Positions 8,810-18,546 of a stretch of DNA of 41,604 nt are shown one piece after another (the first letter of the stretch is position 1; the number at the start of each line of letters is the position of its first letter). A model generated the notes under the pieces. The model was given only the letters and a program-made list of their open reading frames with translations, searched no databases and had not been told where the DNA came from. A program made the position numbers and the translations under genes. The stretch comes from Candidatus Hadarchaeota archaeon (lineage in GTDB: Archaea; Hadarchaeota; Hadarchaeia; Hadarchaeales; Hadarchaeaceae), in the NCBI GenBank assembly GCA_040755315.1, contig JBFMBF010000010.1:1-41604 (forward strand). The letters run 5' to 3'.

Positions 8810-9619
8810 TTACTCCCTTATCAAAATTTTCCTGAACACCGAGGAAAACCCCAAGGATGTGATGAAGTACCACCAGCCGAAACCGAAGGCGACAAGCGGC
8901 CCGAAGACAGGAAGATCCAGCCCGAACGGCAGCAAAGCCACCGTCCAGCCGCTGTAAACGGTTCCAAGCAGGAACCAGATGAACAGGAGCGGGATGGTGT
9001 AAATTATGGTGGGCTTGAATGTCTGGGAGAACATCTGGCTCTGAAGCTTGTTTATCTCCGCCTTTTTCTGGTCGAGCTTGTGTAGGTGCTTCACGTCTCT
9101 CTTCATGGCGGCCGCCCTGTACTCCTTCATGAAAGCTCCGACCTTTGCCTTGGCGTCCCTTACAAACTCCCAGTTGACAACCCGCTTGTTTATGAGCGTC
9201 GTGAGGAGCGCCACCATGACGCTCACCGCCAAAATTATGAAAATGGCGAGCCCGTAAACGGGTGAGATGGTGACCCCAGCGCTTGATGCTGCCGCAACCA
9301 CGTCCGCCCTGAGTGAGAGTATCCCTTCTTCCGTCGGCGTTCCCGCCATAGACGAGAACTTCGTCCTCACGCTGTTGTCAAGGCTGCTGTTGGCGGTGTT
9401 TTCAAGTTGGGGTGTGAAAGCCTGCTGATAGATGGAAGAAGCCGATGAAATAATCCCGGACGCGCTCCCGCCTTTCCTCAGCGTCGCCACGGCGGAGTCC
9501 AGCCCCGTCAAGACCCTCCAGAGAGAGTAGTGGTCGCCGCTGGTCTGGACCTTCCCGGCCCACAACCCAGCCACCAGAAGTCCAAGAATCACCGCACACG
9601 CGAGTATCTTCTGATCCAC
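8810..9619 (-). CDS. DUF106 / EMC3-TMCO1 (Oxa1 superfamily) membrane insertase with extra N-terminal TM and soluble domain
   Basis: C-terminal ~150 aa: TM, coiled coil, FKPTIIYTIP, GWWYFITS; conserved position between adk and rpl34e. Confidence 0.85.
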   Translation of the reverse strand: MDQKILACAVILGLLVAGLWAGKVQTSGDHYSLWRVLTGLDSAVATLRKGGSASGIISSASSIYQQAFTPQLENTANSSLDNSVRTKFSSMAGTPTEEGILSLRADVVAAASSAGVTISPVYGLAIFIILAVSVMVALLTTLINKRVVNWEFVRDAKAKVGAFMKEYRAAAMKRDVKHLHKLDQKKAEINKLQSQMFSQTFKPTIIYTIPLLFIWFLLGTVYSGWTVALLPFGLDLPVFGPLVAFGFGWWYFITSLGFSSVFRKILIRE

Positions 9620-9623
9620 ATCA

Positions 9624-10199
9624 TCACCTCAATGCCGAAACCATCTCCATCACTGCATCGTTTAACCCTTTGTCTCTGTTCTGGATGACCCTGACGGTGG
9701 CCCCGGAAATGGCGGCGTAAGCCATCGCCGCCGCCCTGTTCAGCTGCTGGTGTTCATCCACATCGTGCAGCATCTCCTTGTCTCTCATCCTTTTGGCGTC
9801 TTTCGACCTCCGCCCCCCTATCTCTTCCGCGCTGGCCTCGACGATTATTATCAGCTCCGGTTTTAGCTCCTCTAGCACCCAGAGGGGAAGGCCCGGGTAG
9901 TAACCCTCTGGCTTTTTCACGAGGCAGTGTGTGTCGACAAGGACGGGATTTTTCTTCGCTTGTTCTGCTATCCTCCTTCCAGCCTCCCGCTGAATTCCTC
10001 GGTAGGACTCCGTCGGCACTTTCCTCATCTCGTCCCTGTCGGTGACGCCGTGCCGCTCCTTCATCAGCTCAAGCATAGCGTCGCCGTAGTTCATCAACAG
10101 GTAGACCACTCCTTCCTTTTCCAGTTTTTTCAGGGCGCCATCCACAACCGTGCTCTTCCCGGAGCCCGGCACTCCTGTGACCACGACAACCTTACTCAC
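9624..10199 (-). CDS. adkA: Adenylate kinase (archaeal type)
   Basis: VTGVPGSGKST, NYGD, VDTH, GYYPGLP; start reassigned to GTG10199 overlapping the end of secY. Confidence 0.93.
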   Translation of the reverse strand: MSKVVVVTGVPGSGKSTVVDGALKKLEKEGVVYLLMNYGDAMLELMKERHGVTDRDEMRKVPTESYRGIQREAGRRIAEQAKKNPVLVDTHCLVKKPEGYYPGLPLWVLEELKPELIIIVEASAEEIGGRRSKDAKRMRDKEMLHDVDEHQQLNRAAAMAYAAISGATVRVIQNRDKGLNDAVMEMVSALR

Positions 10200-11526
10200 C
10201 CATAATCCTCCTGACCGCTGGGAACATCTCAGCCACTTGCTCCCTCGCCATCTGTTCATATAATCCATGCACTATGCCGACCGTCAGAAGTATCCCCGTC
10301 CCGCTGCCCAGAGCGCCGAGGATGTCCGCCCCAGCCGACAAGAGGGCGACAAAAGCCCCGCCGGCCACGGCCGCTGGCATTATGTAGCGGCCCAATGTCT
10401 GCTCCATCACTCTGGGATCCCGCCTGTGCCCTGGTATGAACATTCCAGATTCTTCAAGCTGGTTTGCGACATCCTTCGGCCCCATTCCCGTCATGTGTAC
10501 CCAAAGATAGGCAAAGCCCACGGAGAGCCCAAGGAGCACCAGTGTGTATATTCCAGCCCTGAATGGATCAGCCGCAAAGTCTGCAAGCCCGTTTGGAGGC
10601 GTCGTGTAATGTACCAGCCACCCCGCCCCCGTGACTGCGGAAACTATCCTCAAGTTGGCAAACACTGTCATGGCCAAGATTACCGGGATGTTTGAAGTGT
10701 ACATGAACTTGATCGGATACTTTCCCCTAACCCCCCCGAATTTCCCGTAAGCGAGCGGAACCTCTATGCTCACGCTCTCCGCCCACACCACAATCAAGAA
10801 CACAATGAAGGTGGCGACCAGCCCCATCATGTTTGCAGCTCTCGGCGCGAAGAAGGCGTCCAAAAAGCTCTCCCCAGCCATCACATCCCTTGCGAATGTC
10901 GGGACCACTCCGAAAGCCGGGTTGAGTGCCTGCCACACCACCGTCATGGCCACACCACCGGCAATGAAAAGGCTGACTCCACTTCCAAACCCGTACTTTG
11001 AGACTATCTCGTCTAGGTAAATGACTATCACGCTGCCCAGTGCCAGCTGGAAAAGAATGAATAGCCCGGGCCCGGTGTCCAGAAACACCCCGTAGCGGCC
11101 CGCCAGCACGAGCATGCTTCCTTCGAAGATTCCCATCACTATCGCCAGCAGCTTCTGGGTCCCAGTGAAAATCGCGCGGTCATCCGGGTCGGAAAGGTCG
11201 AGCCCGATTATCTTGCTACCCGCTAGCAGTTGGAGTATGATTCCCGCTGTTACTATCGGTCCAATCCCGAGCTCCATCAGGGTGCCCGTCTGACTCGCGA
11301 AGACGTATTTGAGCTGTCCGAGAAGTTCCCCGACATTGGTACCTCTTGGTATGCCGTAAAGTGGGATCTGAGACATTATGAAGAACAGAAGGAGTGCCAG
11401 CCCCGTCCAGAGAAACTTTTCCTTGAAAGAGATGTGCCTTTTGGGCACCGCTACTTCGGGCAGTTTCTTTACCACAGGCTCCAAAATGTAAATTCGTGAC
11501 CGGGGCTTGGATGTCTCCTCCACCAT
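10192..11526 (-). CDS. secY: Preprotein translocase subunit SecY (Sec61 alpha)
   Basis: GTLMELGIGPIVTAGIILQLL, GSGVSLFI, YTSNIP, GTGILLTV. Confidence 0.97.
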   Translation of the reverse strand: MVEETSKPRSRIYILEPVVKKLPEVAVPKRHISFKEKFLWTGLALLLFFIMSQIPLYGIPRGTNVGELLGQLKYVFASQTGTLMELGIGPIVTAGIILQLLAGSKIIGLDLSDPDDRAIFTGTQKLLAIVMGIFEGSMLVLAGRYGVFLDTGPGLFILFQLALGSVIVIYLDEIVSKYGFGSGVSLFIAGGVAMTVVWQALNPAFGVVPTFARDVMAGESFLDAFFAPRAANMMGLVATFIVFLIVVWAESVSIEVPLAYGKFGGVRGKYPIKFMYTSNIPVILAMTVFANLRIVSAVTGAGWLVHYTTPPNGLADFAADPFRAGIYTLVLLGLSVGFAYLWVHMTGMGPKDVANQLEESGMFIPGHRRDPRVMEQTLGRYIMPAAVAGGAFVALLSAGADILGALGSGTGILLTVGIVHGLYEQMAREQVAEMFPAVRRIMGE

Positions 11527-11530
11527 AGCC

Positions 11531-11971
11531 TCACCCGGCCAAGGCGCCGCCGCCGGCTTCCTCCAGCTTTTTTTTGGCTGATTCTGAGAAACCTTTGGCC
11601 GCCACCTGAATGGGGCGGGTCACTCTTCCGCCTCCCAGGACCTTATCCACGCCGAGCTTCGAAGCGTCCACAGTTATTTTTTCACCCTCCAGCTTTGCCA
11701 CGCCACTCTTCAGAAGCTCGTTCATACATTCGTCTATATCTCCGACATTGATTGTGGTGGGCCTTTTCTTGATTTCCGGCGGCATCGTGAAGCCGTGCTT
11801 CCCGAAATAGTCAGGCATGTAGCGCAGGATATAACTCCACTTGTGCTTGTGGCCGCCGCTCATCCCTGTGCCGCCTCTCTCCCCGCTACCCCTCCCCCTC
11901 TTGGAGCAGCCCTTCCCATATGTGCGTCGTCCCCGCTGCCGTTTGACCTTCTTTTCTTTCCTTACCACCAC
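11531..11971 (-). CDS. rpl15: 50S ribosomal protein uL15
   Basis: RGRRTYG, GGTGMSG, FGKHGF, KVLGGG. Confidence 0.95.
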   Translation of the reverse strand: MVVRKEKKVKRQRGRRTYGKGCSKRGRGSGERGGTGMSGGHKHKWSYILRYMPDYFGKHGFTMPPEIKKRPTTINVGDIDECMNELLKSGVAKLEGEKITVDASKLGVDKVLGGGRVTRPIQVAAKGFSESAKKKLEEAGGGALAG

Positions 11972-11979
11972 AGGACCAC

Positions 11980-12447
11980 CTAAGCCATCCTTATTATCAA
12001 ATCGTTTATCTTCTCTCCTCTGTAACCTAGGTCCCCGAAGTCCTTGAACGGTCTCTTCGTGGACTTGAACCCCTTGCGAGGGGGATGCAGCCTGAAAACT
12101 TTCTTGAGTCCCGGCAGGGAAGAAATTCCCGCCTTCCCGGAGCTGATGGCGTCCGCGAAGTCCTTTATCGATTGAAAAGCGCCTTTGCTCTTGACCTCCT
12201 CATCGGTAAGGCGCCTGTTGCCACTGAGCCTGCCCCACCTTCTCAGGAGGTGCTCGATGGTCTGCGGCGTTGCCTCTCCCCAAGTTATGTAATCCTTGGC
12301 CTTCTGGAGCATGCCCAGCACCGCATCGCTGTCGTCCACCAGTATGCAGTGATTGATCTTTGTCAACCCGACGATTTTCATGGTGTCTCTGACATCCTCG
12401 TTGGCGTTTATCCCGCTCCTGAGCCTGATGACCGCCAACTTAGCCAC
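11980..12447 (-). CDS. rpl30: 50S ribosomal protein uL30
   Basis: AVIRLR, GMLQKAKDYITWGE, FRLHPPRKG; start reassigned to GTG12447. Confidence 0.94.
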   Translation of the reverse strand: MAKLAVIRLRSGINANEDVRDTMKIVGLTKINHCILVDDSDAVLGMLQKAKDYITWGEATPQTIEHLLRRWGRLSGNRRLTDEEVKSKGAFQSIKDFADAISSGKAGISSLPGLKKVFRLHPPRKGFKSTKRPFKDFGDLGYRGEKINDLIIRMA

Positions 12448-13129
12448 TCTGTTCCCCTCCCTCAGTTCTGACAACTTGCGCCGGCTGGCCCATCTTTGTT
12501 GTTTGCCGCAAGGCACTCAAAGTGGCGAGTGCAAAGTTAAGGGTTGTGCGTGTCTCGCCCTCCGATGCCGTCCAAGCGTCCTTGACCCCCGCCATCCTCA
12601 TCACCTTCTTTGGAATTTCCGCCGCGGCTATCCCAAGGCCTCTGGGCGCTGGTTTTATACCAACTGTAACGCTGCCGCTCTTTCCCTCGACTTCAAACGG
12701 CACCGAGTGAGTCCTCCCACATCCGCACTCCCAGCTCCCGCAGCCTCTCATCACTTCCACAACATTCATCTTCGCGGCGTTCATTGTTTTTCTGATCGCC
12801 GGGCCGATTGCCTGGGCACTCTCGCTCCCCACGCCCACGATTCCATCCAAGTTCCCCACCACTCCGACTATCTGGTACTTAACCCGCCTCCCAGACTTGT
12901 GCATTCTCTGCACAAGCTTGATCCCGAGGATTTCCTCTTCCATGTTCGGCACAAGGGATTCTACTATCCCTGACTCCATTATTGGCTTCCCAGTCCTGAA
13001 TACATCGGAAATGCTAGTAATCCTTCCTTCCTTCACTGCCCGTCCCAGCCCCGTCCGCGGCTGCCACATGTTTATGTCAAACTTCTCGCGTTCCTTCTTT
13101 CTCCTCATTCTTCTCATCTTACCCACCAC
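12440..13129 (-). CDS. rps5: 30S ribosomal protein uS5
   Basis: WQPRTGLG, RGCGSWECGC, PAPRGLG. Confidence 0.96.
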   Translation of the reverse strand: MVGKMRRMRRKKEREKFDINMWQPRTGLGRAVKEGRITSISDVFRTGKPIMESGIVESLVPNMEEEILGIKLVQRMHKSGRRVKYQIVGVVGNLDGIVGVGSESAQAIGPAIRKTMNAAKMNVVEVMRGCGSWECGCGRTHSVPFEVEGKSGSVTVGIKPAPRGLGIAAAEIPKKVMRMAGVKDAWTASEGETRTTLNFALATLSALRQTTKMGQPAQVVRTEGGEQSG

Positions 13130-13709
13130 CCTGTATTGATTGTTTCACCACATCAAAGTGTTCTTGGAGCTGCTCGGGAGGAAGGCCGCGTGAGATGTAC
13201 TTTGAAAATCTGGCTTGATAAACATCTGGAGAACTCTGTTTCAGTTCCTCTGCGTAATCCGCGATGTGTTTTCCCCTTATCCTGCTTTCATCCGGAAGAA
13301 CGGCCTCATCATGAGGGATTTTCAGCCCAGCGTCCAGCGCTCCCTTGAGCACAGCGAAAATTTTGGAACCTTTCACTGGGTTGTAATTGTCTATGTCTAA
13401 CACACACTCGTTCACCCCTGCCTTCAAGGCCCGGACACCGCAGAGCAGCCCCACCAGGTAGGCCGACGAGACATTCGATGTGCCCCCTTTCCACCCGAAC
13501 TTTTCAAGGTCCCTCGTGTGGGAAGAGACCAAAACCATGTCCCCCACAGACGATGCTTTCGAGACCTGCGCTAAAACATGGTTCAGAGAAAGCCGCACGA
13601 CAAATATCGGCTTCCCAGACTTCAACAGTTTCAGCCTTTGCCCGTAATCTGTCTTTCCTTCGCGCCTCCTCCTGAATGTCACTCTGTAGCGTGGTCCAAT
13701 TCTATTCAT
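13119..13709 (-). CDS. rpl18: 50S ribosomal protein uL18
   Basis: RRRREGKTDY, AYLVGLL, LKGALDAGL. Confidence 0.96.
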   Translation of the reverse strand: MNRIGPRYRVTFRRRREGKTDYGQRLKLLKSGKPIFVVRLSLNHVLAQVSKASSVGDMVLVSSHTRDLEKFGWKGGTSNVSSAYLVGLLCGVRALKAGVNECVLDIDNYNPVKGSKIFAVLKGALDAGLKIPHDEAVLPDESRIRGKHIADYAEELKQSSPDVYQARFSKYISRGLPPEQLQEHFDVVKQSIQGGG

Positions 13710-13711
13710 GT

Positions 13712-14161
13712 TTATCCCTTAATCGTCCCCCGCTCCTTCAAGTAAACTTCAAGGTGCCCCCTGTTTTTGAACATCCCTCCCTTGGCCATGCCGTATAATT
13801 TCCTGTATTCCCCCGGCCCGATTGCCCCCTGTTTTTTCAGCTCCACCAGCCTTTCCCTGACAGGCCTGATGGTCTGGATCCACCTTTCTTTCCTTGGGAA
13901 CCGAGCATGCTTTGATCCTCTCCTGCTGCCGTGTCCCTTTCGCTTTCCAGCCTTTCGCTTGGCAGCCCTCTCCCTCGCTCGGCCCCTGCTCGTTCCCTTT
14001 TCCGGCCTGGCCTTTATTGCTCCAGAGTTCACGAGGGACCGGATGTCCTCGCGGGTAATGGCCGCCGACACGTCTTCCCCCCTGGTTGGGTCTATCCAGA
14101 CCCTGTTGACGCCAACTTTCAGGATTTCAGACGCCAGTCGTCTCTTTTTGTTCAGCTTCAT
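13712..14161 (-). CDS. rpl19e: 50S ribosomal protein eL19
   Basis: RRLASEILKVGVNRVWIDP, AITREDIR, AKGGMF. Confidence 0.96.
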   Translation of the reverse strand: MKLNKKRRLASEILKVGVNRVWIDPTRGEDVSAAITREDIRSLVNSGAIKARPEKGTSRGRARERAAKRKAGKRKGHGSRRGSKHARFPRKERWIQTIRPVRERLVELKKQGAIGPGEYRKLYGMAKGGMFKNRGHLEVYLKERGTIKG

Positions 14162-14504
14162 GTTTTACCACCGGGTTCAACACCCTCACCTTTAGCTCTT
14201 TGGCTTTGACGATTATGGTTTCGCGTGTTTTTGCTCCGACACCTGAGGCTATCCTTGCAACCTCCCGCTGTGGGTTCACCTTTTCAAGCTCCTTTTGGTT
14301 GTGAACCAAAACTTCGGAAAGGCCTGATGGGTGGAGGCCGCGAGAAGAAGCCGGAGAGCCATAGCCGATGGAGACTAGCGCTCCCTTTCCCTTCATCCGG
14401 AGCCGCGTCCTGCTTTCCCTCCCGTGGGGTTTCCTCCACTTTTCTCCAAGCCTCTCTGGCCCGAACCACGACTCCCGCCTGAAATTTGGTTTTTTCTTCA
14501 TCAT
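14127..14504 (-). CDS. rpl32e: 50S ribosomal protein eL32
   Basis: KPNFRR, WRKPHG, GYGSP, RGLHPSG; start reassigned to ATG14504. Confidence 0.94.
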   Translation of the reverse strand: MMKKKPNFRRESWFGPERLGEKWRKPHGRESRTRLRMKGKGALVSIGYGSPASSRGLHPSGLSEVLVHNQKELEKVNPQREVARIASGVGAKTRETIIVKAKELKVRVLNPVVKHEAEQKETTGV

Positions 14505-15040
14505 TGGACCTCCGCTATGTAACATCCATCTTGGAATACTCGCCTGTCCTTTCCACGGACCCTGGTCGCTCGCTCTATATTGACGGCCGTCTGCCCTACC
14601 TCTTCCTTATCCACTCCTTTGACGAGAACTTCGTCGCCGTTGACCTCAACCTTGGTGCCGCCAACTATGTCGGCGGACCTTGGGCTTCTTTCCCCGATAA
14701 AATTCTGGATGAGCACTTTCTTTCCGTCCACCTTTACCGTTATCGGGAAGTGAGAGTAAACCACCTTGAGCTTGTATGTGAATCCATCCTTGGCCCCTTT
14801 GAACATGTTTTTCAGGTGCGCCGTTATCGTGCCCACCGCGGCCTTTGATGCCTTGCTGGTTGATTCGGCCTCCAATACAACCTCGCTTCCTTCGAGCTTG
14901 ATTTTCACCCCACTGAACCTGAAGTTTCTGGAGAGCTTGCCCTTTGGCCCGCTGACTTCTACGGAGCGCCCGCTGACCTGTACCTGCAACCCTTCCGGGA
15001 TGTTTATTTTGTTTTTTATGCCAATTGCCATTGCATTCAC
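14501..15040 (-). CDS. rpl6: 50S ribosomal protein uL6
   Basis: GPKGKL, YSHFPI, NFIGER, DRRVFQDG. Confidence 0.96.
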   Translation of the reverse strand: MNAMAIGIKNKINIPEGLQVQVSGRSVEVSGPKGKLSRNFRFSGVKIKLEGSEVVLEAESTSKASKAAVGTITAHLKNMFKGAKDGFTYKLKVVYSHFPITVKVDGKKVLIQNFIGERSPRSADIVGGTKVEVNGDEVLVKGVDKEEVGQTAVNIERATRVRGKDRRVFQDGCYIAEVQ

Positions 15041-15080
15041 GCCGCCTAACCTCGGTTTTTTCTCTTAAAACAGTTCCGCG

Positions 15081-15464
15081 TCAGTAGACATGGGCGAGGA
15101 GCCTCCCACCCAGCCCCTGTTCAGCGGCCTTCCTGTGGGTCATCACTCCTTTCGGGGTTGACACCACCAAAATCCCAACCCCCGCGGCTGGCAGGTATCT
15201 CTTCTCCCACTTCTCGTAATCCTGGATTCCCACAGGGTGGCGCGGCTTTATCGCCCCGCATGAGTTGACCTTCCCGTGAAGAAGAACCCTGAAAGCCCGC
15301 CCGTCTTCGACCGCCTCAAAGCCTTTCAACATGCCCTCTTCTACCATTAACTTCAGGATTTCGGAGACCAGCCTCGAGGCAGGGGCCACCTTCACCTCCT
15401 TTTTCCTAGCCCGCTCCGCATTCTGGATTTTTGACATTGCGTTCGCGAGTGGATCCAACAACAT
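15081..15464 (-). CDS. rps8: 30S ribosomal protein uS8
   Basis: [31 protein letters not shown]. Confidence 0.96.
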   Translation of the reverse strand: MLLDPLANAMSKIQNAERARKKEVKVAPASRLVSEILKLMVEEGMLKGFEAVEDGRAFRVLLHGKVNSCGAIKPRHPVGIQDYEKWEKRYLPAAGVGILVVSTPKGVMTHRKAAEQGLGGRLLAHVY

Positions 15465-15472
15465 TTTAACCC

Positions 15473-15619
15473 TCAGCTATATTTTTTGAACCCGATTTTC
15501 GGCGCCAGCTCCCTGAAGCACTTCTTGCAGAGCCTCAAGCCATGCTGCTGGTAAATGTGGCCGTGTCTCCCACAGTGCTGGCAGAAGTGTGCGCCCCTCC
15601 CAAATTTTTTCTTGACCAT
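15473..15619 (-). CDS. rps14: 30S ribosomal protein uS14 (Zn type, 48 aa), missed by the ORF track
   Basis: Manual translation [48 protein letters not shown]; lies between rpl5 and rps8. Confidence 0.94.
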   Translation of the reverse strand: MVKKKFGRGAHFCQHCGRHGHIYQQHGLRLCKKCFRELAPKIGFKKYS

Positions 15620-16125
15620 CAGACCACCTGCACCCCAAATTTATTCGTCATGAAATCAATCGCCTCCTGCTTTGTAATAATGTGTTTCTTTGGTATACTC
15701 TTGGGCCGCCGCCTCCTGATCTTTACCCGGTAGCCTGCCCTAGTGAGGTTCACGTCAACATCCATCCCAAATATGCCTATCTCTGGGTCATATGCCACGC
15801 CTGGGATGTCTATGTGCTCCCTTATGCCGAATGCCAGATTTCCGGTCCTGTCAAATGAGCTTTCTTTTACTTTGTGCTCAACCCCCTCCAGAAGCCCCTT
15901 CAAAACCTCCTCGGCCTTAGCCCCTCTGAGCGTGATTTTGCAGCCTATCGGGCTTCCAGCCTTCACCCCCCACTCTCTCACAGCGTCTTTTGCGTAAGTT
16001 CTCTTGGGCGGCCGTCCAGAGACTTGGGTTAGAACCTTTTCGGCCTTAACAAGCTTGTCCCCCCCTTCGCCAACGCCGATGTTCAAAACCACTTTGCCCA
16101 CCTTTACCTCCCTCATTGGGTTCAT
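15619..16125 (-). CDS. rpl5: 50S ribosomal protein uL5
   Basis: [31 protein letters not shown]. Confidence 0.96.
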   Translation of the reverse strand: MNPMREVKVGKVVLNIGVGEGGDKLVKAEKVLTQVSGRPPKRTYAKDAVREWGVKAGSPIGCKITLRGAKAEEVLKGLLEGVEHKVKESSFDRTGNLAFGIREHIDIPGVAYDPEIGIFGMDVDVNLTRAGYRVKIRRRRPKSIPKKHIITKQEAIDFMTNKFGVQVV

Positions 16126-16853
16126 GCCGCGCCACCCCCAAGCGATGTCACCGGCTTCTCTTTCCCGACAACAAAGATGTAGTGCTCCGGGGCCTGAAAG
16201 CTGTCCTGTCCTGACTTCAAGATGACGATGTTCGGCTGCGTCCCCGCAATCAACTTTATTTCCTCAATCCGACCGACCCTGCCTGTGTTTTCACCACCGG
16301 TAACAAGGGCCAGCATCCCAGCTTCCATAGGCAAGCGTCCGACAACCCCTACCCCTGGAAGGTTGACTTGGGCAACGTCTCCCACCTTGAACTCCTTGAA
16401 GTCGCCGACCATTGTTTTCCCATCATGGAATGCTAGCTGTGTTTTGCCACCTTTCACTATTTTTTTCCCAACAACTTTGCAAAGTTTCACAGAATCCCCG
16501 CCGGCCTCCTTGTTTAAAACAAGGCGCCCCCGGTGGTCAAGCAAGACTCTGTGGGACTCTCCTGTGGCCTGCGCTTGGACCACATCCATGAACCCCACGG
16601 GAAACTTGGGGTCACGTCTCGCTATGCCGTCCACAAGAATGCTGCCTCTCGAGACAATGTTATCGGCTTCCCTAGCGTTGCGGGCAATCGAGAGGTATTC
16701 CCTGACGACCAGCCTCAGTGGGATGGCCCGCTCAATTGGATGCGGTCCGGCGGCAGCTTTCGTCGTCCACTTGGTGGCCTTTCTGGACAACTTCACCGCC
16801 CTCGGGGCTGCATAACGCTTGAGCTTCCTTCTCCCACCTTTTTTAGCCAACAT
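16122..16853 (-). CDS. rps4e: 30S ribosomal protein eS4
   Basis: LKRYAAP, GPH, FPVGFMDV, GGENTGRVG; start reassigned to ATG16853. Confidence 0.95.
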   Translation of the reverse strand: MLAKKGGRRKLKRYAAPRAVKLSRKATKWTTKAAAGPHPIERAIPLRLVVREYLSIARNAREADNIVSRGSILVDGIARRDPKFPVGFMDVVQAQATGESHRVLLDHRGRLVLNKEAGGDSVKLCKVVGKKIVKGGKTQLAFHDGKTMVGDFKEFKVGDVAQVNLPGVGVVGRLPMEAGMLALVTGGENTGRVGRIEEIKLIAGTQPNIVILKSGQDSFQAPEHYIFVVGKEKPVTSLGGGAA

Positions 16854-17205
16854 TCTTCCCCCTTGATATTGCTTGCATCCTTTCTTTGTCTTCAACCAAA
16901 CTTAACAGCATGACTTTGGACGTTTGGACCGGTCTCTGGATTTGAGTGCCGTCCGCCTTTGTCAGGGTGATTCCGGAAATGTAAATTGCATGTTTTTTCG
17001 TGTTTACCTTGGTAACCTCCCCTTCAATTTTCTTGAAGTCTCCTTTGAGGACACGGACCCTATCCCCTTTTCTCACGACCAAGGAGCGCTTCCCGTATTT
17101 CTTCCTCAAATCTGGCGACAGGGGGGCAGACAGAAACTTGTGCCGGATGTGCAGCGGAGCAGAATAAACGGCCGCCCTCTGTTTTCTGGGTTGTTTGCTG
17201 CTCAT
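16843..17205 (-). CDS. rpl24: 50S ribosomal protein uL24
   Basis: SKQPRKQR, APLH, VRKGDRV; start reassigned to ATG17205. Confidence 0.95.
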   Translation of the reverse strand: MSSKQPRKQRAAVYSAPLHIRHKFLSAPLSPDLRKKYGKRSLVVRKGDRVRVLKGDFKKIEGEVTKVNTKKHAIYISGITLTKADGTQIQRPVQTSKVMLLSLVEDKERMQAISRGKNVG

Positions 17206-17209
17206 GTCA

Positions 17210-17641
17210 TCACACAATCGAGGCGGCTATCCCCGCCACCTTTGGCCACCTCTCTGCGGCTTCCCTCGCGATTGGTCCTTTTATTTCAGACCCTCGTGCA
17301 GCGGCTTCAGGGGTTATCAGCGCTGCGGCGTTGTCCTCAAATTTTATTCTGATGCCGTCCTTCCGCCTGTACTCCTTTCTCTGGCGGACCACCACGGCCT
17401 GCACCATAGTTTTTCGCAGTTCAGGCGTACCTTTTTTCACAGACGCAACCACCCTGTCCCCGACTCCAGCCTTCGGCAGACGTCTCCTTGCACCTTTGTA
17501 TCCCATGACACTGATGATCTGTATCTCCTTCGCGCCAGTGTTGTCTGCGCAAACTAGCCTTGCGCCTACCGGTAGGACCCTCACGGGCGCAACCGCGGTC
17601 ACCCCTATGGAAGCTCCGGCACCTTTCTTTCCCACGTTCAC
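17210..17641 (-). CDS. rpl14: 50S ribosomal protein uL14
   Basis: [33 protein letters not shown]. Confidence 0.96.
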   Translation of the reverse strand: MNVGKKGAGASIGVTAVAPVRVLPVGARLVCADNTGAKEIQIISVMGYKGARRRLPKAGVGDRVVASVKKGTPELRKTMVQAVVVRQRKEYRRKDGIRIKFEDNAAALITPEAAARGSEIKGPIAREAAERWPKVAGIAASIV

Positions 17642-17955
17642 GCCCCCATCTTTTGAACGACAACAAACGATTTTGTTTTACTCAGCCGTCTGCTCTCCAT
17701 TATCTTCACCCTTTCTCCTGTTTTGGCGTTGATGCAGGGCGGGTTGTGAGCGTGTATTTTTGATGTCCGCCTCTCGTACCTCTCATATTTCCCAACCATG
17801 TGCATCTTCTCCATCTCAACTGTCACAGTCCTGGCCATCTTGTCGCTGGAGACCTTCCCCTCGAAGACACGCCCCCTGACAGACAAGCTGCCGTGGAACG
17901 GACACCGCGGGTCTGTACAGCTTTCCTTAGGAGGTTCTATTCCCATTCCGACCAT
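17638..17955 (-). CDS. rps17: 30S ribosomal protein uS17
   Basis: [32 protein letters not shown]. Confidence 0.96.
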   Translation of the reverse strand: MVGMGIEPPKESCTDPRCPFHGSLSVRGRVFEGKVSSDKMARTVTVEMEKMHMVGKYERYERRTSKIHAHNPPCINAKTGERVKIMESRRLSKTKSFVVVQKMGA

Positions 17956-17959
17956 TTTT

Positions 17960-18238
17960 TCACCTCTTTATCCTGTCCTCCGGCCTGCCTAATATCTTGT
18001 CCCCTGGCACGGTGACTTCGCCGTTATTGAGACTTATCACAAATGTGGTCTTTGATTTCGGGACGACTTTCCTTCCCCCCTTTGTCTCTATAATCAAAGT
18101 CCCCATTGTTTCATCGAGTATTTTTCCGGATACTCCGGACAGCCCGGTGTCGGGGTTACTTATGACTCTGGCTTCCAGCCCTATCAGCTCATGCCTGAAC
18201 AGATTCTTTTTGGTCGCCGACATCAAACCACCTTTCAT
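17960..18238 (-). CDS. rnp1: Ribonuclease P protein component 1 (Rpp29/Pop4)
   Basis: HELIGL, GKILDET, GRPEDRIK; conserved position. Confidence 0.92.
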   Translation of the reverse strand: MKGGLMSATKKNLFRHELIGLEARVISNPDTGLSGVSGKILDETMGTLIIETKGGRKVVPKSKTTFVISLNNGEVTVPGDKILGRPEDRIKR

Positions 18239-18543
18239 CCTATGTCCATTGTATCTGGAGAAAAGCCCATCCCCACAAGGACATCCTTCACGCGGGGCCT
18301 GTGATCCCCTTGAAGTTCTATGTGCCCGCCTTTCGCTGTCCCGCCGCAGGCCAGCTTGGACTTCAGTTCCTTCATCAGTTCCTTCATATCGATGCTTTTT
18401 TCATCGAGGCCTTCTATCACCGTGACGATTTTGCCAAACTTTCTTTTCACGGAATAGATGTTTATCCTCTGCTGTTCTCTGGCTATGTCTTGGCAGACAC
18501 ATATGTCCTTTGGTAGGCCACATATCTTGCAGATTTCCTGCAG
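18235..18543 (-). CDS. sui1: Translation initiation factor aIF1 (SUI1), probable CTG start
   Basis: (M)QEICKICGLPKDICVCQDIAREQQ Zn-knuckle, KRKFGKIVTVIEG, LKSKLACGGT, IELQGDHR; ORF track starts 31 codons late at GTG18450. Confidence 0.92.
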   Translation of the reverse strand: MQEICKICGLPKDICVCQDIAREQQRINIYSVKRKFGKIVTVIEGLDEKSIDMKELMKELKSKLACGGTAKGGHIELQGDHRPRVKDVLVGMGFSPDTMDIG

Positions 18544-18546
18544 CTC

